From positions 267,435 through 331,434 of the forward strand of contig RQSC01000523.1 of assembly GCA_013416795.1 (NCBI GenBank): DNA of 64,000 bases, in the 5' to 3' direction. Source of the stretch: Prasinococcaceae sp. CCMP 1430 (taxonomy: Eukaryota; Plantae; Prasinodermophyta). A model generated the notes under the pieces. That model saw only the letters and a program-made list of their open reading frames with translations, was not told the origin of the DNA and did no database searches. Shown here piece by piece: positions 1-11,661 of this stretch (the first letter of the stretch is position 1; every line of letters begins with the position of its first letter). Made by a program: the position numbers and the translations under genes.

Positions 1-217
1 CCGCGCGCGCGCTGTGCGGCGGCGGGCGCGCAACGAGGCGCGGCGCACGCGGCACGCGTTCGGCAACTCCCTGCTTTCTAAGGGCGCGCGCCGGCGAGGA
101 GGGGAGGGGGGGCGGGGCGCAGGCAAAGCGGTGCCGCAGCCGCTATCGGCGGGACGCGCGGGGGCGCCGCTTGTTGGAGATTATATTCGTGCGCGCGACA
201 TTGCTGCGCAGCCGGGA

Positions 218-1576
218 ATGGCGCACGCGGCGTTCCTCCTAACTCATTCGCGGGCGGCGGCGGCAGCGACGGCGGTGCCAGCTCCGAGGAAGCACCACCC
301 GCGTGGCGATCCGCCGGGGGGGCGCCGCCCGCGTGCGCGCGGCCACATCGCAGCCGCGGCGGGCTCTGAGCCGGCGCTGCCGTCCGAGCCCGCAACGTCT
401 CGCGTGGACGCGTGCGATCCGTTCGAGCCGTCTCCGCCGTGTGTGGCGCTCCCGGGCGCGAGCAACCAGCTGCAGGCGCTGGCGACCACTTCGCGCCTCG
501 TCGCGAACACCGCCGATGTGGCGCTCGTGAAGGAACTCGCAGCGCCAGATGGCGGACGGCTGGTGCGCGACGCGTGCGCACACCCCGCGCTCGTACTGGC
601 GGAGTTTTGCGCCGCGGCCATGCCCGAGCTGCGCCTCAAGCACAACGACATCGCTCACCAGCTCGGTGAGGGCGCCTTGCACCTCAAGGACGTGCTTGAG
701 GGCGATGACGAGGGCGAGCTGCGTACGCGCCTGGTCCAGGCGGTGCGCTCCGCCTCCAAGGCTGGCGCGTCGCCTGCGGCCATCGCTGCTGCGCTCACGC
801 TCGACCTCGCAGAGGACCTCGCGGCGGTGCTGCCCGCCGACGGCCGCGTACTTGTGCCGCTGGACCCGATGCTGAGCTTCGATACGCACGAGTTAATCAA
901 CGCGGCGATGGGGCTCGCGGACGCTCTTGAACGCCGTGGCGTGGACGCCGCGTCCAAGCTGTGCGTGCGGATGCCCGCGACCTGGGAGGGTATCCAGGCG
1001 TGCGAGGCGCTCGAGAAGGAGGGTGTTCAGTGCAACATGACGCTCGTGTGCTCTCTCGCGCAGGGCATCGCATGCGCCGACGCAGGCGCGAGCCGCGTGA
1101 CGCCATTCGTCGGACGCACGCTCGACTGGCACAGGGCCGAGCACGCTCGCGATCACTACCCCGCACACGAGGACCCAGGTGTGCTCAGGACCAAGCGCCT
1201 CTACACGCTCTACCACCAGGAGGGCGTCCCCTCCATGGTGACGCCGACGTCTTTTCGCAACATCCACGAGGTGCGCGAACTGGCGGGCTGCGACAGCCTC
1301 ATAATTCCGCCGCTGATCATGGAGGAGCTGCGCGCCTGCTCGGACCCGCTCATGCTCAAGCTCTCAGACAACTACGCGCGCACGCTGTGGCCACGCGAGG
1401 AGGTGGCCGCCCGCCCGCTGTCTTTCGGCCGCTTCGTCCGGCTGCACGACGCCGACGCGTGCGCCGTGGAACTCCTCGAGAAGAGTGTGCACGGATTCGC
1501 CGTCGAGGAACGCCACCTGGAGGAGCTCGTCGCGGAGATCATGGTCGAGACGCCCACCGACAGCGATGAGGGGTAG
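218..1576 (+). CDS. Transaldolase-like protein, probably catalytically inactive, with Ala/Arg/Pro-rich transit-peptide-like N-terminus
   Basis: Single-exon ORF from ATG 218. Motifs TWEGIQACEALEKEGVQCNMTL, TPFVGRTLDW, EDPGV and SFRNIHEVRELAGCD match the transaldolase family; catalytic positions are substituted (see findings). Confidence 0.85.
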   Translation: MAHAAFLLTHSRAAAAATAVPAPRKHHPRGDPPGGRRPRARGHIAAAAGSEPALPSEPATSRVDACDPFEPSPPCVALPGASNQLQALATTSRLVANTADVALVKELAAPDGGRLVRDACAHPALVLAEFCAAAMPELRLKHNDIAHQLGEGALHLKDVLEGDDEGELRTRLVQAVRSASKAGASPAAIAAALTLDLAEDLAAVLPADGRVLVPLDPMLSFDTHELINAAMGLADALERRGVDAASKLCVRMPATWEGIQACEALEKEGVQCNMTLVCSLAQGIACADAGASRVTPFVGRTLDWHRAEHARDHYPAHEDPGVLRTKRLYTLYHQEGVPSMVTPTSFRNIHEVRELAGCDSLIIPPLIMEELRACSDPLMLKLSDNYARTLWPREEVAARPLSFGRFVRLHDADACAVELLEKSVHGFAVEERHLEELVAEIMVETPTDSDEG

Positions 1577-1706
1577 GAGTAAATTCGCGCGCGCATTCGA
1601 CTACTCGCGTTGTGAGAATGGTGTGACGTTTTGCGTCTTGTTACAAGGTGTTACGAAACCGAACGCTGCGGTGGCTCCTCGGCCACGCTCGCCTCCGCTG
1701 GCCTCT

Positions 1707-3778
1707 TCACCATGTGGCGCGCGCGGCGAGCGCCTTGAGGGCCTCTGCCGCGGTGCCCTCCGCCGAGATAAGCGCTGCCTCGAACACGCGCTTCGGGGCG
1801 CCCGGCGCCGGCAGCTGCGCGAGCGCCGCCACGAATCTCTCCATGGCGCCCAACCACGCAGGCGCGCTCGCGGCGTCGCCCGTGACGTTGGTGCCGCACG
1901 CCAGCAGCGCCAGCATGAGCACCTCGCCGGGTGGAGGGGGGGCACTGTCGCCTCCCGCGCTCTCCTTGGCCCACAGCCCACGCGGATTCATGGCCGCGAG
2001 GCACGCCACCAGCATGGGCCTGTCCGACACGCCCATGGATGTCACGCACGACGCGCACGCCAGGGCCAGCTGCGTGGCAGCCGGGCACTTGCCACGGCGC
2101 GAGCCCAGCAGCGGGCCGAGGTTGCGGCAGGCGGCCACGGTGAGCGAGCAGGCGGCGGTGGCGGTGGGTGGGAAGCGCTTGAGCGCACCCACCAGCAGCG
2201 AGCGGCCCTTGTGCACCGCGCCCACACGCGCCAGCACGCGGTCGGCGGGCGTCGACGCGGGGGGCAGATGCTCGGCGAGCGACGCGCCCGGGGGCGGCAG
2301 CCGCATACTCGCGATGAGCATGTCCAGCATCTTGTCGCGGCGCCCGCGCAGCATTGCGCCGCCGTCCGCTGGCGCCGGCGGGGTCTCGAGGATGCGGGTG
2401 ATGTCGTCGATGTCGAGCAGCAGATTGTGCCCGTCCTCGATGAGCTGCCTCGCCGCGAGCATCGGCTCCTGCTCAAGCGGGCGCACCTCGTCCTCATCGC
2501 CGCCCACATCCTCGGCGTCCACGCTGATGCCCTCACCCTCGCGCGGCGGGATCTCCAGCATGGGTTTCGGCTTGGTGATCGACGAGTACGCGATCTTGCC
2601 GAGGCCGTCCAGCGCCACGTAGGACACGGCCGCGCCGCGCTGGCTCAGGCCGCTCTCGGCCGCGCCGTTGGCGCCCTCCGCCTGCGTGTCGCGCAGCACC
2701 GCCGGCGCGAACAGCCCCGGCCGCTGGCCGCCGCTCTTGGACGCCAGCGCGAGCGCGTAGTAGTCCTCGTGATACGCGCCGCGCTGGTGCGTGGCCGCGT
2801 ACTGGATGCGCGCGATCTGTTCGACCTCATGCGCGGCCATCATGCTGCCGCCGCGGAGCCCGCCCCCCCCGACGTAGAGGCGCGGGCCTAGGCCCGGCCC
2901 GCGCGGTGCCCCGGTGGCGCGCGGCGCGCCGGCCGGCGGCGGCGTGGCAGGTGGGGCCGGCCCGGGCCTATGCTGCGTTTGCCGCGGCTGCTGCTGCTGC
3001 TGCTGCTGCGGGGGCGGCTGGGCCTGCCGCTGCGGGGAAGGGGCGGGTGACGCGGCGCCCCACTGAGAGGGTGACAGCAGCGCCGGCGCGCCCCCCGCGG
3101 GCTGCGTCGGCACGAGCTTCGCCGGGTCCAGGCGCATTGGCTGCTGCTGCGACGGCGGCTGCTCCGCCTTTCGCTGCTGCTGCTTTTGCTGCATGCCCTC
3201 GAAGCCCGGGGGCGGCGCCCTGCGCATAGGCACCGCTGGCATTTGGAAATCGCTCTTGATGTCAGTGGTGCCGAGCAGCGAGGGCATGGCGGTGGGCTTG
3301 GGCGCCTTCACGCCGCCGCCGAAGTCCCACTGGTACTCATCACCCTCACCGGCGTCGTCGAGCAGCCCGAGCGCGTCCTCCTCGATGTTGCGTCCCACGC
3401 CGCTCGTGTCCTCCACCTCCGACGCGAAGCCGCCACCACCGGGGCCCGCGCGCGGCATGTTGGCGAAGTCGAAAGCCCCCAGGTCCTCCTCGATGCCGAG
3501 CATGTCATCTTCATCCGGTGGGAGAAGATCCTCGTCCTCGAGGGCGCCGCCAAGCTCGCCGAGCAGCGCGTCCGCGTCAGCCCCCCCCGCCGGCGCCCCG
3601 CCGAAGAAGCCGCCCGCGCCAAAGAACGCGGCTTGGCCGGCGCCGGCGCCTGCGTGGTGCGGCGGCACGGCGGGCGAGGCCATCGCCTGCTGCTGCTGCG
3701 GCTGCGCGGGTGGCTGCGCCTGCTGGCGCGCGGCCTCGTGCGCTGCCGCAAAGGCCTCGTGCTGCGCCTGCCAGTCGT
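1707..3778 (-). CDS. PAT1: PAT1-like mRNA decapping activator (main exon; first exon not resolved)
   Basis: MMAAHEVEQIARIQYAATHQRGAYHEDYY, LGKIAYSSITKPKPMLE and PLEQEPMLAARQLIEDG match plant PAT1. Acidic N-terminus plus Pro/Gln-rich region. Acceptor CAG at 3781-3779. Confidence 0.8.
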
Positions 3779-4027
3779 CTGAATGCGCCGTATGCACGGG
3801 CAAGCGTGTGAACGAGAGGCGGGCAGTAGCGCGGGTGGGTGGCAGGTGGCGGGTGGTGGTGGTGGTGGTGGTGGGAGCACAGCGTCCTATGTCAGATCAC
3901 GGTATCTCAGACGACGCGCGATCGCCCATGTCCCCCCGCCGGGTTCCACGCACACGCGGCACCGCGCGGCGTCCGCCTGCGCCCGCCGTGGTTAGGGCAA
4001 AGGGAAGCGCACGCCGCTCGCGCGCAC

Positions 4028-5305
4028 CTGCGCCGCCGCCGCCGCCGCCGCCGCCGCCAAGCAGCGCGACAGAATTGGCCCGCGCCCCGCCCCGACCATC
4101 ATGAGCACCACAGCATCCGCCGTCTCTACCTGCTCGTCGGGTACCTTCTCGCGCAGGTATGTCTCGACGGCCTGCTGGTAGACGTCGTATTTGGTCGCGT
4201 CGCGCTCGAAGGTCTCATAGGTGGCGCTCTCGAGATTGTCCATTAGCGGCTGCAGCGGGGATTGCAAGAAGTCACGGTAGGACGACTCGGCAACCTCACA
4301 TTCGCTCGGTGCGGGCAGCCGTCGGTACAGGAACGACACGTATTCCAAGTACGGAGCCAGCGGGTGCGCCGGCGCTCGCGATTCCTGCTGGCCGACCACT
4401 GGCGCTGGCGGTGGCTCGTGCCTGCGTGGTCCGTGCAGCACGATTTGCACGTCGTGCTGCAGCAGTGTGGACACGAGCTTCTGGTGGCGCTTCGAGAGAG
4501 TCGGGTAGCCATGTTTGTTGGTGAGGAAGGCATCGGTGGATATCAGCGCAGCGCGCACGGGTTCGCCGAGCCATCGCTCGAGCGCGGCGTCGCCGCCGTC
4601 AGGCAAATCGGCCCCCACCTCCAGCGCCACGCACAGCCGCGGGTGGTGGCCGCACATCGCGCGCAGCTCATGCCACGCCTCGAACGGGTCGTGTGCGAGC
4701 CGTAAGCTCGTGCCAGGCGCACCACTGACGTCGCACGCGCGCTTGGCCAACAGAGCGGCACCCGCGTCGGCGTTGGCGCTCGATGCTGCGATGACTTCGT
4801 CAGCCACCAGCGGAACGCGCACCCACGCACTCATACCCTGCGCGCGCCCGAGCGCCCTCAGCAGACTGTGCGCAGTCGCGGCGACGCGCTCGCCGAGCCG
4901 CGGCACAACGGCCGCCTGCAACGACAGGTGCGCCGCCCATGCGAGCTCTGCATCGAGCGCAGCCGCTGAATCGCGTGCGAGCGCAGGGTCACGCGAGTCT
5001 GCGTCGACCCACGCACTCACGGCGCCCACCACCTGCGAGGTCCACTGCGCCGACGACAGTGCGAGATCCGAGGGGAACACGGGCGGCGGCAGCGCTGCAC
5101 CCGGCAGCGTGCGTCTGGCGCTCGCCACGCGCCGCTCGCCAGACGCCGCAAGCGGCAGTACGGCAAAATCAAAAGCCACACCGCTCTCTGGTGCCACCAG
5201 CGCCTCCGCTAGGGCGCCCGCCGCGTCCTCCGAGTGGCCGCACACGACCCCCGCGTAGCGTGAGCGCGTGCCGCCGTGGTGGCCCAGAGCTCGGCCGAGC
5301 GGCAT
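4028..5305 (-). CDS. PRMT5: Protein arginine N-methyltransferase 5, N-terminal ~425 aa only (C-terminus absent)
   Basis: MPLG start, ELAWAAHLSLQA, FLTNKHGYPTLSKRHQ, DFLQSPLQPLMDNLESATYETFERDATKY, VGAGRGP. Homology stops at a (GGC)9 repeat. Confidence 0.85.
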
Positions 5306-5519
5306 CGCGGCGCCCCTCCCCTCTCCTGCTGGCAGAGCGCGGCACCCCCGCGTTCCCTCTCCACCTTCCTCGCGTCCTTGCCACCGCAAGCCACCGCGGG
5401 CGCCGCCTGTGCGCCCCCACGCACCCCGCCCCGCGCCCCGCTGCGCCACCCACGCCGTCTGGCCGCAGCCTCGGCGTGCACAGCGGCGGCGGCCGCCGCC
5501 GCCGCGCCAGCGCCCGCCG

Positions 5520-6080
5520 CGCTGGGCACGCAGTTAACCCTATATCTAACCGCAAATGCGTTGTGGCAGGTCCTGCTCGCTATCAAAGAGTCCTTCATCC
5601 CGGTCTCACAGTGCGATGACCTCAACCCAGGGCTGCAAGCGGACACATCAGCGCCACATGGCGGCCGGCGCGCGTACGCGCGCCCTCCCCCTCTCCCCCC
5701 CTTCCCCTCTCACTCCCGCGCGCGCGTGCTCCCCCTCTCCCTCGCTACCCCTCTTTTGCGCGCGCTGGCCAGTGCGCGGGCGCGCGGGCGGGCCGCCGCG
5801 CGCGCGCGCAGGCGCTCCGGGGGGTAGGGGTGAGCGCCCGCGCTCGCGGCCGAGTGCGCTTTTGCCTTCGGCGGGCAACACGCGCAGGGCGCCGCTTGCG
5901 CGATGTGCCTCACGGGCGGAGACAACGCCGATGAGTTCGACATGCTGATGGACGTCAACATGGCTGCGTTCATGGAGCTCGAGGCAAAGCTGGAGGAGGC
6001 CGCTGGCGGAGGAGGTGATGAGGAGAGCGACGAAGGCTGCGGCCCGCAGCCGGCGGAGCGACCGGAGCGTCCCAGCGACG
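5520..6080 (+). CDS. Fragment of a hypothetical multi-exon gene, truncated near the single-N join at 6120
   Basis: Exon-like segment after acceptor CGCAG (~5887) reads GAACAMCLTGGDNADEFDMLMDVNMAAFMELEAKLEE. Possible GC donor GCGAGT at 6081. Frame of the upstream exon is ambiguous. Confidence 0.3.
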
Positions 6081-6536
6081 GCGAGTGCTGCCAGCGCGCG
6101 TGCGCGCGCTGCGTGTGGANGGGAGCGCGCACGCGCGCGACACTTTTTTTTCGGGGGGTGTGGTGGGTTGGGGAACGGGAGCGGGCGATGCTTTTTGATG
6201 AGGCTTTCATATTTTCGATGTTTGTGGTGGAGGGCGCGCGCGCGCGGGCGCGCGCGGGCGAGCGTGTTCATTTGATAACCGTCGCTATCCAGAAATGCGC
6301 GTGGGGCGCGCGTGGGTGGCGGCGGATCGCGAGCATGAACACGGATGAACATGTCCGGGGGACCGCTCGGGTGCGAAGGGGCACGGACACCTGCCCCCGC
6401 CATCCCCCCAGCCACCCCCTGGGCCCGTGCGCTCGCATTGCACGCTGGTGGCCGCCGATGAGCGCGCCGATGGCAATCAGGCGCTGACGTCCCTCAACCC
6501 GCACCCCACCCGCAAACCCCACCACACACACCGCAG

Positions 6537-7845
6537 CTCTGCGTGCGACGCCGAGACAGGGGAGACGCTCGCCATCAAGAAAATCTCGAACGCCTTCGTG
6601 AACCCCATCGACGCCAAGCGCACGCTGCGCGAGCTGCGGCTGCTCAAGCGCATGTCGCACGAAAACGTGGTGTCGCTGCGCGACATCATGAAGCCCCCCG
6701 GCGGTCGCACGACGTACAACGACGTCTACGTCACGTACGAGCTCATGGACACCGACCTGTACCAGATCATTCGCTCCAACCAGCTGCTTTCGGAGGACCA
6801 CTGCCAGTACTTCGTGTATCAGCTGCTGCGCGGGCTCAAGTACGTGCACTCGGCCAACGTGCTGCACCGGGACCTGAAGCCCTCAAACCTGCTGCTCAAC
6901 GCCAACTGCGACCTCAAGTTGGCCGACTTTGGCCTGGCCAGAAACGCGAGCGACAAGGACGCCATGACGGAGTACGTGGTCACGCGCTGGTACCGCGCGC
7001 CCGAGCTGCTGCTGAGCTGCGCGGAGTACACGCCCGCCATCGACGTGTGGTCGGTGGGCTGCATCCTCGCCGAGCTGCTCATGCGGCGCCCGCTCTTCCC
7101 GGGCACGGACTACGTGCACCAGCTCAACCTCATCACGGCGGTGACGGGCGTGCCCTCGGCGGAAGATATGGCCTTCGTGCGCAACGAGAAGGCGCGCGCG
7201 TACATCCGCGGCATGCCGCCGTCGCAGCGCGTGCCCATGCGCAAGCTCGCGCCCGACGCGCCGCCGCTCGCGTGCGACCTCGTGGATCGCTGCCTGGCCT
7301 TCGACCCCGCGAAGCGGATCACCGTGTGCGAAGCGCTCGAACACCCCTTCCTCGCGTCGCTGCACGATGACACGGACGAGCCCCTGGCCGACTTCACCAT
7401 CGACGAGCAGGAAGACTTGCAGAAGGGCTTCGTCGCCGCCGATCCGCGGGCTAGCCTGCGGGAGCTCGTGTACCTAGAGATCATGGACTTGCATCCGGAC
7501 CTTGCGAGCACCGACATGGCCTTCGACAGGGCCGATCGCGAGACCGAGGAGCGGCAAGCCGCGGGGGCGCCGGCTAAGGGCGCGGGGGCGGACGTGTATC
7601 AGCAGCATGGGCAGCAGGAGCAGCACTACGTGGCGATCGAGGACGAGGAAATGGAGATGGACTCGGACTTCATGCCGACGCCCGTCGAGGGCGTCACGCC
7701 GCACTCGGCGGCCATGGCACATGCGCAAGCACAGGCGGCGGCGGCGGCGGCGGCACGCGGCATGCAGGCGCAGGGTTGCGTGTCGGCGAGCGCGCGCGCG
7801 TTCTCGGAACAGCTACCCACCTGCCGAAGCACCATCAAATCATGA
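6537..7845 (+). CDS. Mitogen-activated protein kinase, TEY type (first exon with the Gly-rich loop missing)
   Basis: [35 protein letters not shown] and LHDDTDEP common-docking motif. Branch point CTGAC 6484 and acceptor AG 6535-6536. 5' exon probably lost at N 6120. Confidence 0.93.
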
Positions 7846-7988
7846 GCGCAATTTTCCAGCAGCCTCGCGAGCAATCCGACATCTGAAACAGTAATATAGC
7901 TAGACTAGAGGTACAGGCGTTCATTACATTCACCTCCCGCGCCAGGCCGCCGCCAAGTGCACAGCGTGCGAGTGTGCTCTTGCGCTTC

Positions 7989-9149
7989 CTACTTGTCCTT
8001 CTTTTCCTCGAGCTTGTCACCCCCCTCCTTGCCCTCCTCCTCCTCCTCGTCCTCGGGCGGCAGCTCGTCGTACGCAAGCAGCTCCTTGAACTCCCCGCGC
8101 CACCATGCGTTCAGTGTCGACGCGCCCATGACGCCCGGCACGATATAGAGCAGGGCGGGCTGTGCGGCGTCGAAGACGTTCATGACGACGATGGTAAGCA
8201 CAAGGCCTGCGACGTAGCCAAAGAATGCCGCGTGGAAGGTGCTGTGCGTAGCGGGCCTCGAGCGGCCGCGAGCGGCGTCGAAGCGCAGCAGCAGCGCGAC
8301 GACGATGCCCGGGATGACGATGTCACCCAAGCCGAGCATCGAGAACGGGCTGGCGGCGGCCGCCTCCCCGACGCGCGGGAAAAGCAGCTTGATGGGCGCT
8401 TCGACGTTGCGTGCCACGCTCACCATGACGGGCGTGCCGAACACCCAGAAGATGTCGTAGATGAACAGGCCCGCGAGGAGGATGGCGCCCACCTTGAAGC
8501 TGCCGATGGACAGGAACTCGAGCCCTTGGACCGAGAACGCGAGGCCGAGCGTGTTATTTGCCAGCCAGTGCTTGGTGGCGACGTAGTAAGCCACCACCGG
8601 CGACGCCAGTACCGCGGCAATGGCATCGGGCACCGCGACTGTCAGCTCGGCCGGCTCGTCCATCAGCAGCGGGATCTTGACCGTCTTGTGGATGCCGATC
8701 TGCTTCTCGCGCAGGCGCACAGGCACGTACGGCGTGACGACCGGGCTGATTGTGCCCGCGAGCGCGAGCACGCCGAGCACCACGAAGTATATCGTAAGAA
8801 GCGCGTTCACGAGGTCCTTGTTGAGCACCTTGAACGCCACAAACAGCCCGAACAGCACAGCGCTGCCCATCAGCGGGAAGCGCATCGCGTCACCCCTCTC
8901 CATGGTGGTCATCTCGCTTAGGTCGAGGCCACCGTCGACGCTTGCGTCCTCACCCGCCCTGCACGACCGATACGAGCCGACGTATACCGCCAGGGAGGCC
9001 GTCACCACGATCGACAGGTTGGTCGGCACGGGCACTACCGCCGGCAGCGCCGCCGCGAGGAAGAGCGCCACGTGCATCGCCACGCTGTGCAAGTCGGCCG
9101 CGCGCGGCGCCGCCTCGGCCGCCGCGCCCCCTGCCGCCCCCCCGCCCAT
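7989..9149 (-). CDS. SPP: Signal peptide peptidase (GxGD intramembrane aspartyl protease)
   Basis: IYDIFWVF, MLGLGDIVIPG and QPALLY motifs; multiple hydrophobic helices; C-terminal KKDK ER-retrieval-like signal. Confidence 0.93.
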   Translation of the reverse strand: MGGGAAGGAAAEAAPRAADLHSVAMHVALFLAAALPAVVPVPTNLSIVVTASLAVYVGSYRSCRAGEDASVDGGLDLSEMTTMERGDAMRFPLMGSAVLFGLFVAFKVLNKDLVNALLTIYFVVLGVLALAGTISPVVTPYVPVRLREKQIGIHKTVKIPLLMDEPAELTVAVPDAIAAVLASPVVAYYVATKHWLANNTLGLAFSVQGLEFLSIGSFKVGAILLAGLFIYDIFWVFGTPVMVSVARNVEAPIKLLFPRVGEAAAASPFSMLGLGDIVIPGIVVALLLRFDAARGRSRPATHSTFHAAFFGYVAGLVLTIVVMNVFDAAQPALLYIVPGVMGASTLNAWWRGEFKELLAYDELPPEDEEEEEGKEGGDKLEEKKDK

Positions 9150-9780
9150 CGCGAGCCCGGCCTCCTCGCAGACGCGGCGCAGCTCGTCGCCGTCGATCTC
9201 AACGCGCGCGCGCGGCCCCCTCCCCGCGCGTGCGCGCGCCGCTAAAAAGGAAAGAGGCTCGAGCCTCGCCTCCCTCCCGAACCCGGCAGACGCCCGCCGC
9301 GCGCCCTGTGCCCCCCTCCCCCCACCCCACCACCCGCCCCCCGCGCCCCCGCGCCCGCCCCCGTCACCATCACGCCGCGCGCCGATCGATAACAGCTCTC
9401 GCCACCGAAACGCACGCGCTCGCGCGCCACGCCACACCGCCATCAAAATCAATGGCACGAGCGCGCGCGAACCCGGCTCCGCGGCGTCCCCCCGGTTCGG
9501 TCCTGGATCAGATCGGCACGGCGATGGGAGTTGGCGCGGAACGTCGCAGGGGGTCGCGCGAATTGAGCGGACGTTTGATGGGGAATGAGGGGGGACGGCG
9601 CGCGAGGTGGCGCGCGCGCGCGCGCGGAAGCGCGCGCGCGGCGCAGGCGCGGGTGTTTGAGCGGGGGAGCGCTGTGCCACGGCGCGCGCCACTCTGCGGG
9701 CGGGCGCGGGCCGGTGGGGGGTGGCGGGACATCGTGGCACAGGGCAGTCAGGAAGCAGGCAGGCGGGGGCGGGCGGATCG

Positions 9781-10116
9781 ATGGGGGCTGTCGAGGACGC
9801 TGTCGACGATGCGATGTCTGCGCGCGGCCCCGGCGGCCCGCTGTCGTACGCGGGCGGGCCGCACCAGCTCGCGGCCGTGCGCAAGGCGCTCGTCGACGCG
9901 CGGCGGGAGTTCGTGTCGCTCGTCGCCCTCGCCGCGCCCGCGACGCTGCGCTCGGGCAAGACGGGGAAACTCTTGAAACTCGAGGGGACGGTGCCCATGT
10001 ACCACCGGGGGAACAAGGTGTGCACGCGCGTGGCGCGCAGTTCATTGCGCTCCGTGCCTGCGGGCAATGCTCCCGCGCATGTGCGCTGACGCAATCGTGC
10101 TGTCCGCTCCCGCTCC

Positions 10117-10155
<39 letters not shown>

Positions 10156-11475
10156 CACCGCCGCTGCTGCTCTCTGGGCCTGCCTCTCTCTTTGTGCGCG
10201 CGTGCGCAGTACAACCTCCCTGTGGCAGTGTGGCTCCCTGAGGCGTTCCCCGCTGAACCCCCGGCGTGCTTTCTGGTTCCCGCGCCGACGATGCTCATCA
10301 AGCCGCGGCACTCATGCGTGGACAGCATGGGCCACTGCGTGACGCCCTACATCCTGAATTGGATGGCCAACGCGTCGAACATTGTCGACATGCTCCATTC
10401 GATGAACATCGCGTTCGGCTCGGATCCGCCGCTGTACACAATGCCGCAAGGGCGGGCACCGCGGGACCGTCCACCGCAGGATGCGCACGCGCAGCTCACG
10501 CATGTGTATGCCAGACGTAGCGCAGGCTACGTCGAGACTGCCGCGAATGGCCACGGTGACGGTCACGCGCACATACAGCACCCCCAGGCAACGTACACCG
10601 TCCCGCAGGCGTCATTCATCGACCCTCCGCAGCATGTGCAGCCGCCGCCGCAACCGCCGCCGTCTCAGTATCAGCACCAAGACCAACACTATCAGGCATC
10701 GCCACCGCAGCAGCAGCAGCAGCAGCAGCAGCAATCGCAGCAATCGCAGCAGGAAGAGCAGCAGCACGCTTTCGCACCTGGGCAGCAGCAGTACAGAAAT
10801 CCGATGCAGCCAGGTTCTCCGCGCTCGAGATTCACACAACACAGCGTCCCCGTCGCTGGCGTGGCTACTTTACCCGCGGCGGTGGCAATGACAGCCTCCT
10901 CTTCCGAGGCAGTGCCCAGCGCCACAGCCTCGGCGTCGGCGGATCGCAGCGCGGGTCCGATGGCCGCGTTTCGCACCAGTGCCATAGCCGAGCTCACCGC
11001 CAAGCTCAGAGCCGCGCTGCAGGCCGACAGCACCGCGTTCGCCGTCGAGTACGACAGGACGCTCGCGAAACAGCGAAGCTTGCAGGAGCGCGGGCAGGCG
11101 ATACGATCGATGGCGACCGCGCTTGCGGAGGAAAGGACGGGGCTCGAGACCGCCGTTGGGGCCCTGCATGCTCACGCGCGCGAGGTGAACGGCTGGCTTG
11201 AGCAGCACGGCAAAGCGGCCGCTGAGGCCAGCCGCAGCATTTCTGTGGATGAGCTCGTTGTGGGTGCCAGCCCGCGCGACGACCAGGTGGCGCGTGCCGC
11301 CGCGGACGACGCGGCGGTGGAAGACACGCTGTATGCGCTGGATGACATGCTCGCACGCGGCAGGCTACCCTTCGACAACTACATGAAGCGCGTACGCAGC
11401 CTGTGTAGGGAGCAGTTCACAGCGAGGGAGACCGCGCGTAGGGTGATGGCCGCTGAGCGCTACGGCGAGTCGTGA
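9781..11475 (+). CDS. VPS23: ESCRT-I subunit VPS23/TSG101/ELC; exons 9781-10017 and 10210-11475
   Basis: UEV domain (LEGTVPMYHRGNK|YNLPVAVWLPEAFPAEPP), Pro/Gln linker, coiled coil and steadiness box (AVEDTLYALD..YMKRVRSLCREQF). GT-AG intron in phase 0. Confidence 0.9.
10118..10153 (+). repeat. (GCT)12 microsatellite in the VPS23 intron
   Basis: Seen directly. Confidence 0.9.
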
Positions 11476-11661
11476 GCCCCTCGGCACCGGCCCACGTGCT
11501 CGCGGCCGCCCCGTGCCTGTGGCGATGCCAAACCTGTACACATTTGTTCTTTCCACTGTACAGTACGACCTTGTTCCTACATAAGTTACAACGGGCAGCG
11601 GCAGCTGGCACTCGCAGCACCTAGGCGCCACGTAGCGAGCGCGTGCGCACTCGGACGAGGC

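Noticed and set aside
1485-2891. Long plus-strand ORFs opposite PAT1, and similar antisense ORFs across the window (e.g. 32629-33681, 41889-44177, 49336-51432)
   Set aside because: Shadow or alternative frames of GC3-rich genes; Arg/Ala/Pro-rich with no recognisable motifs.
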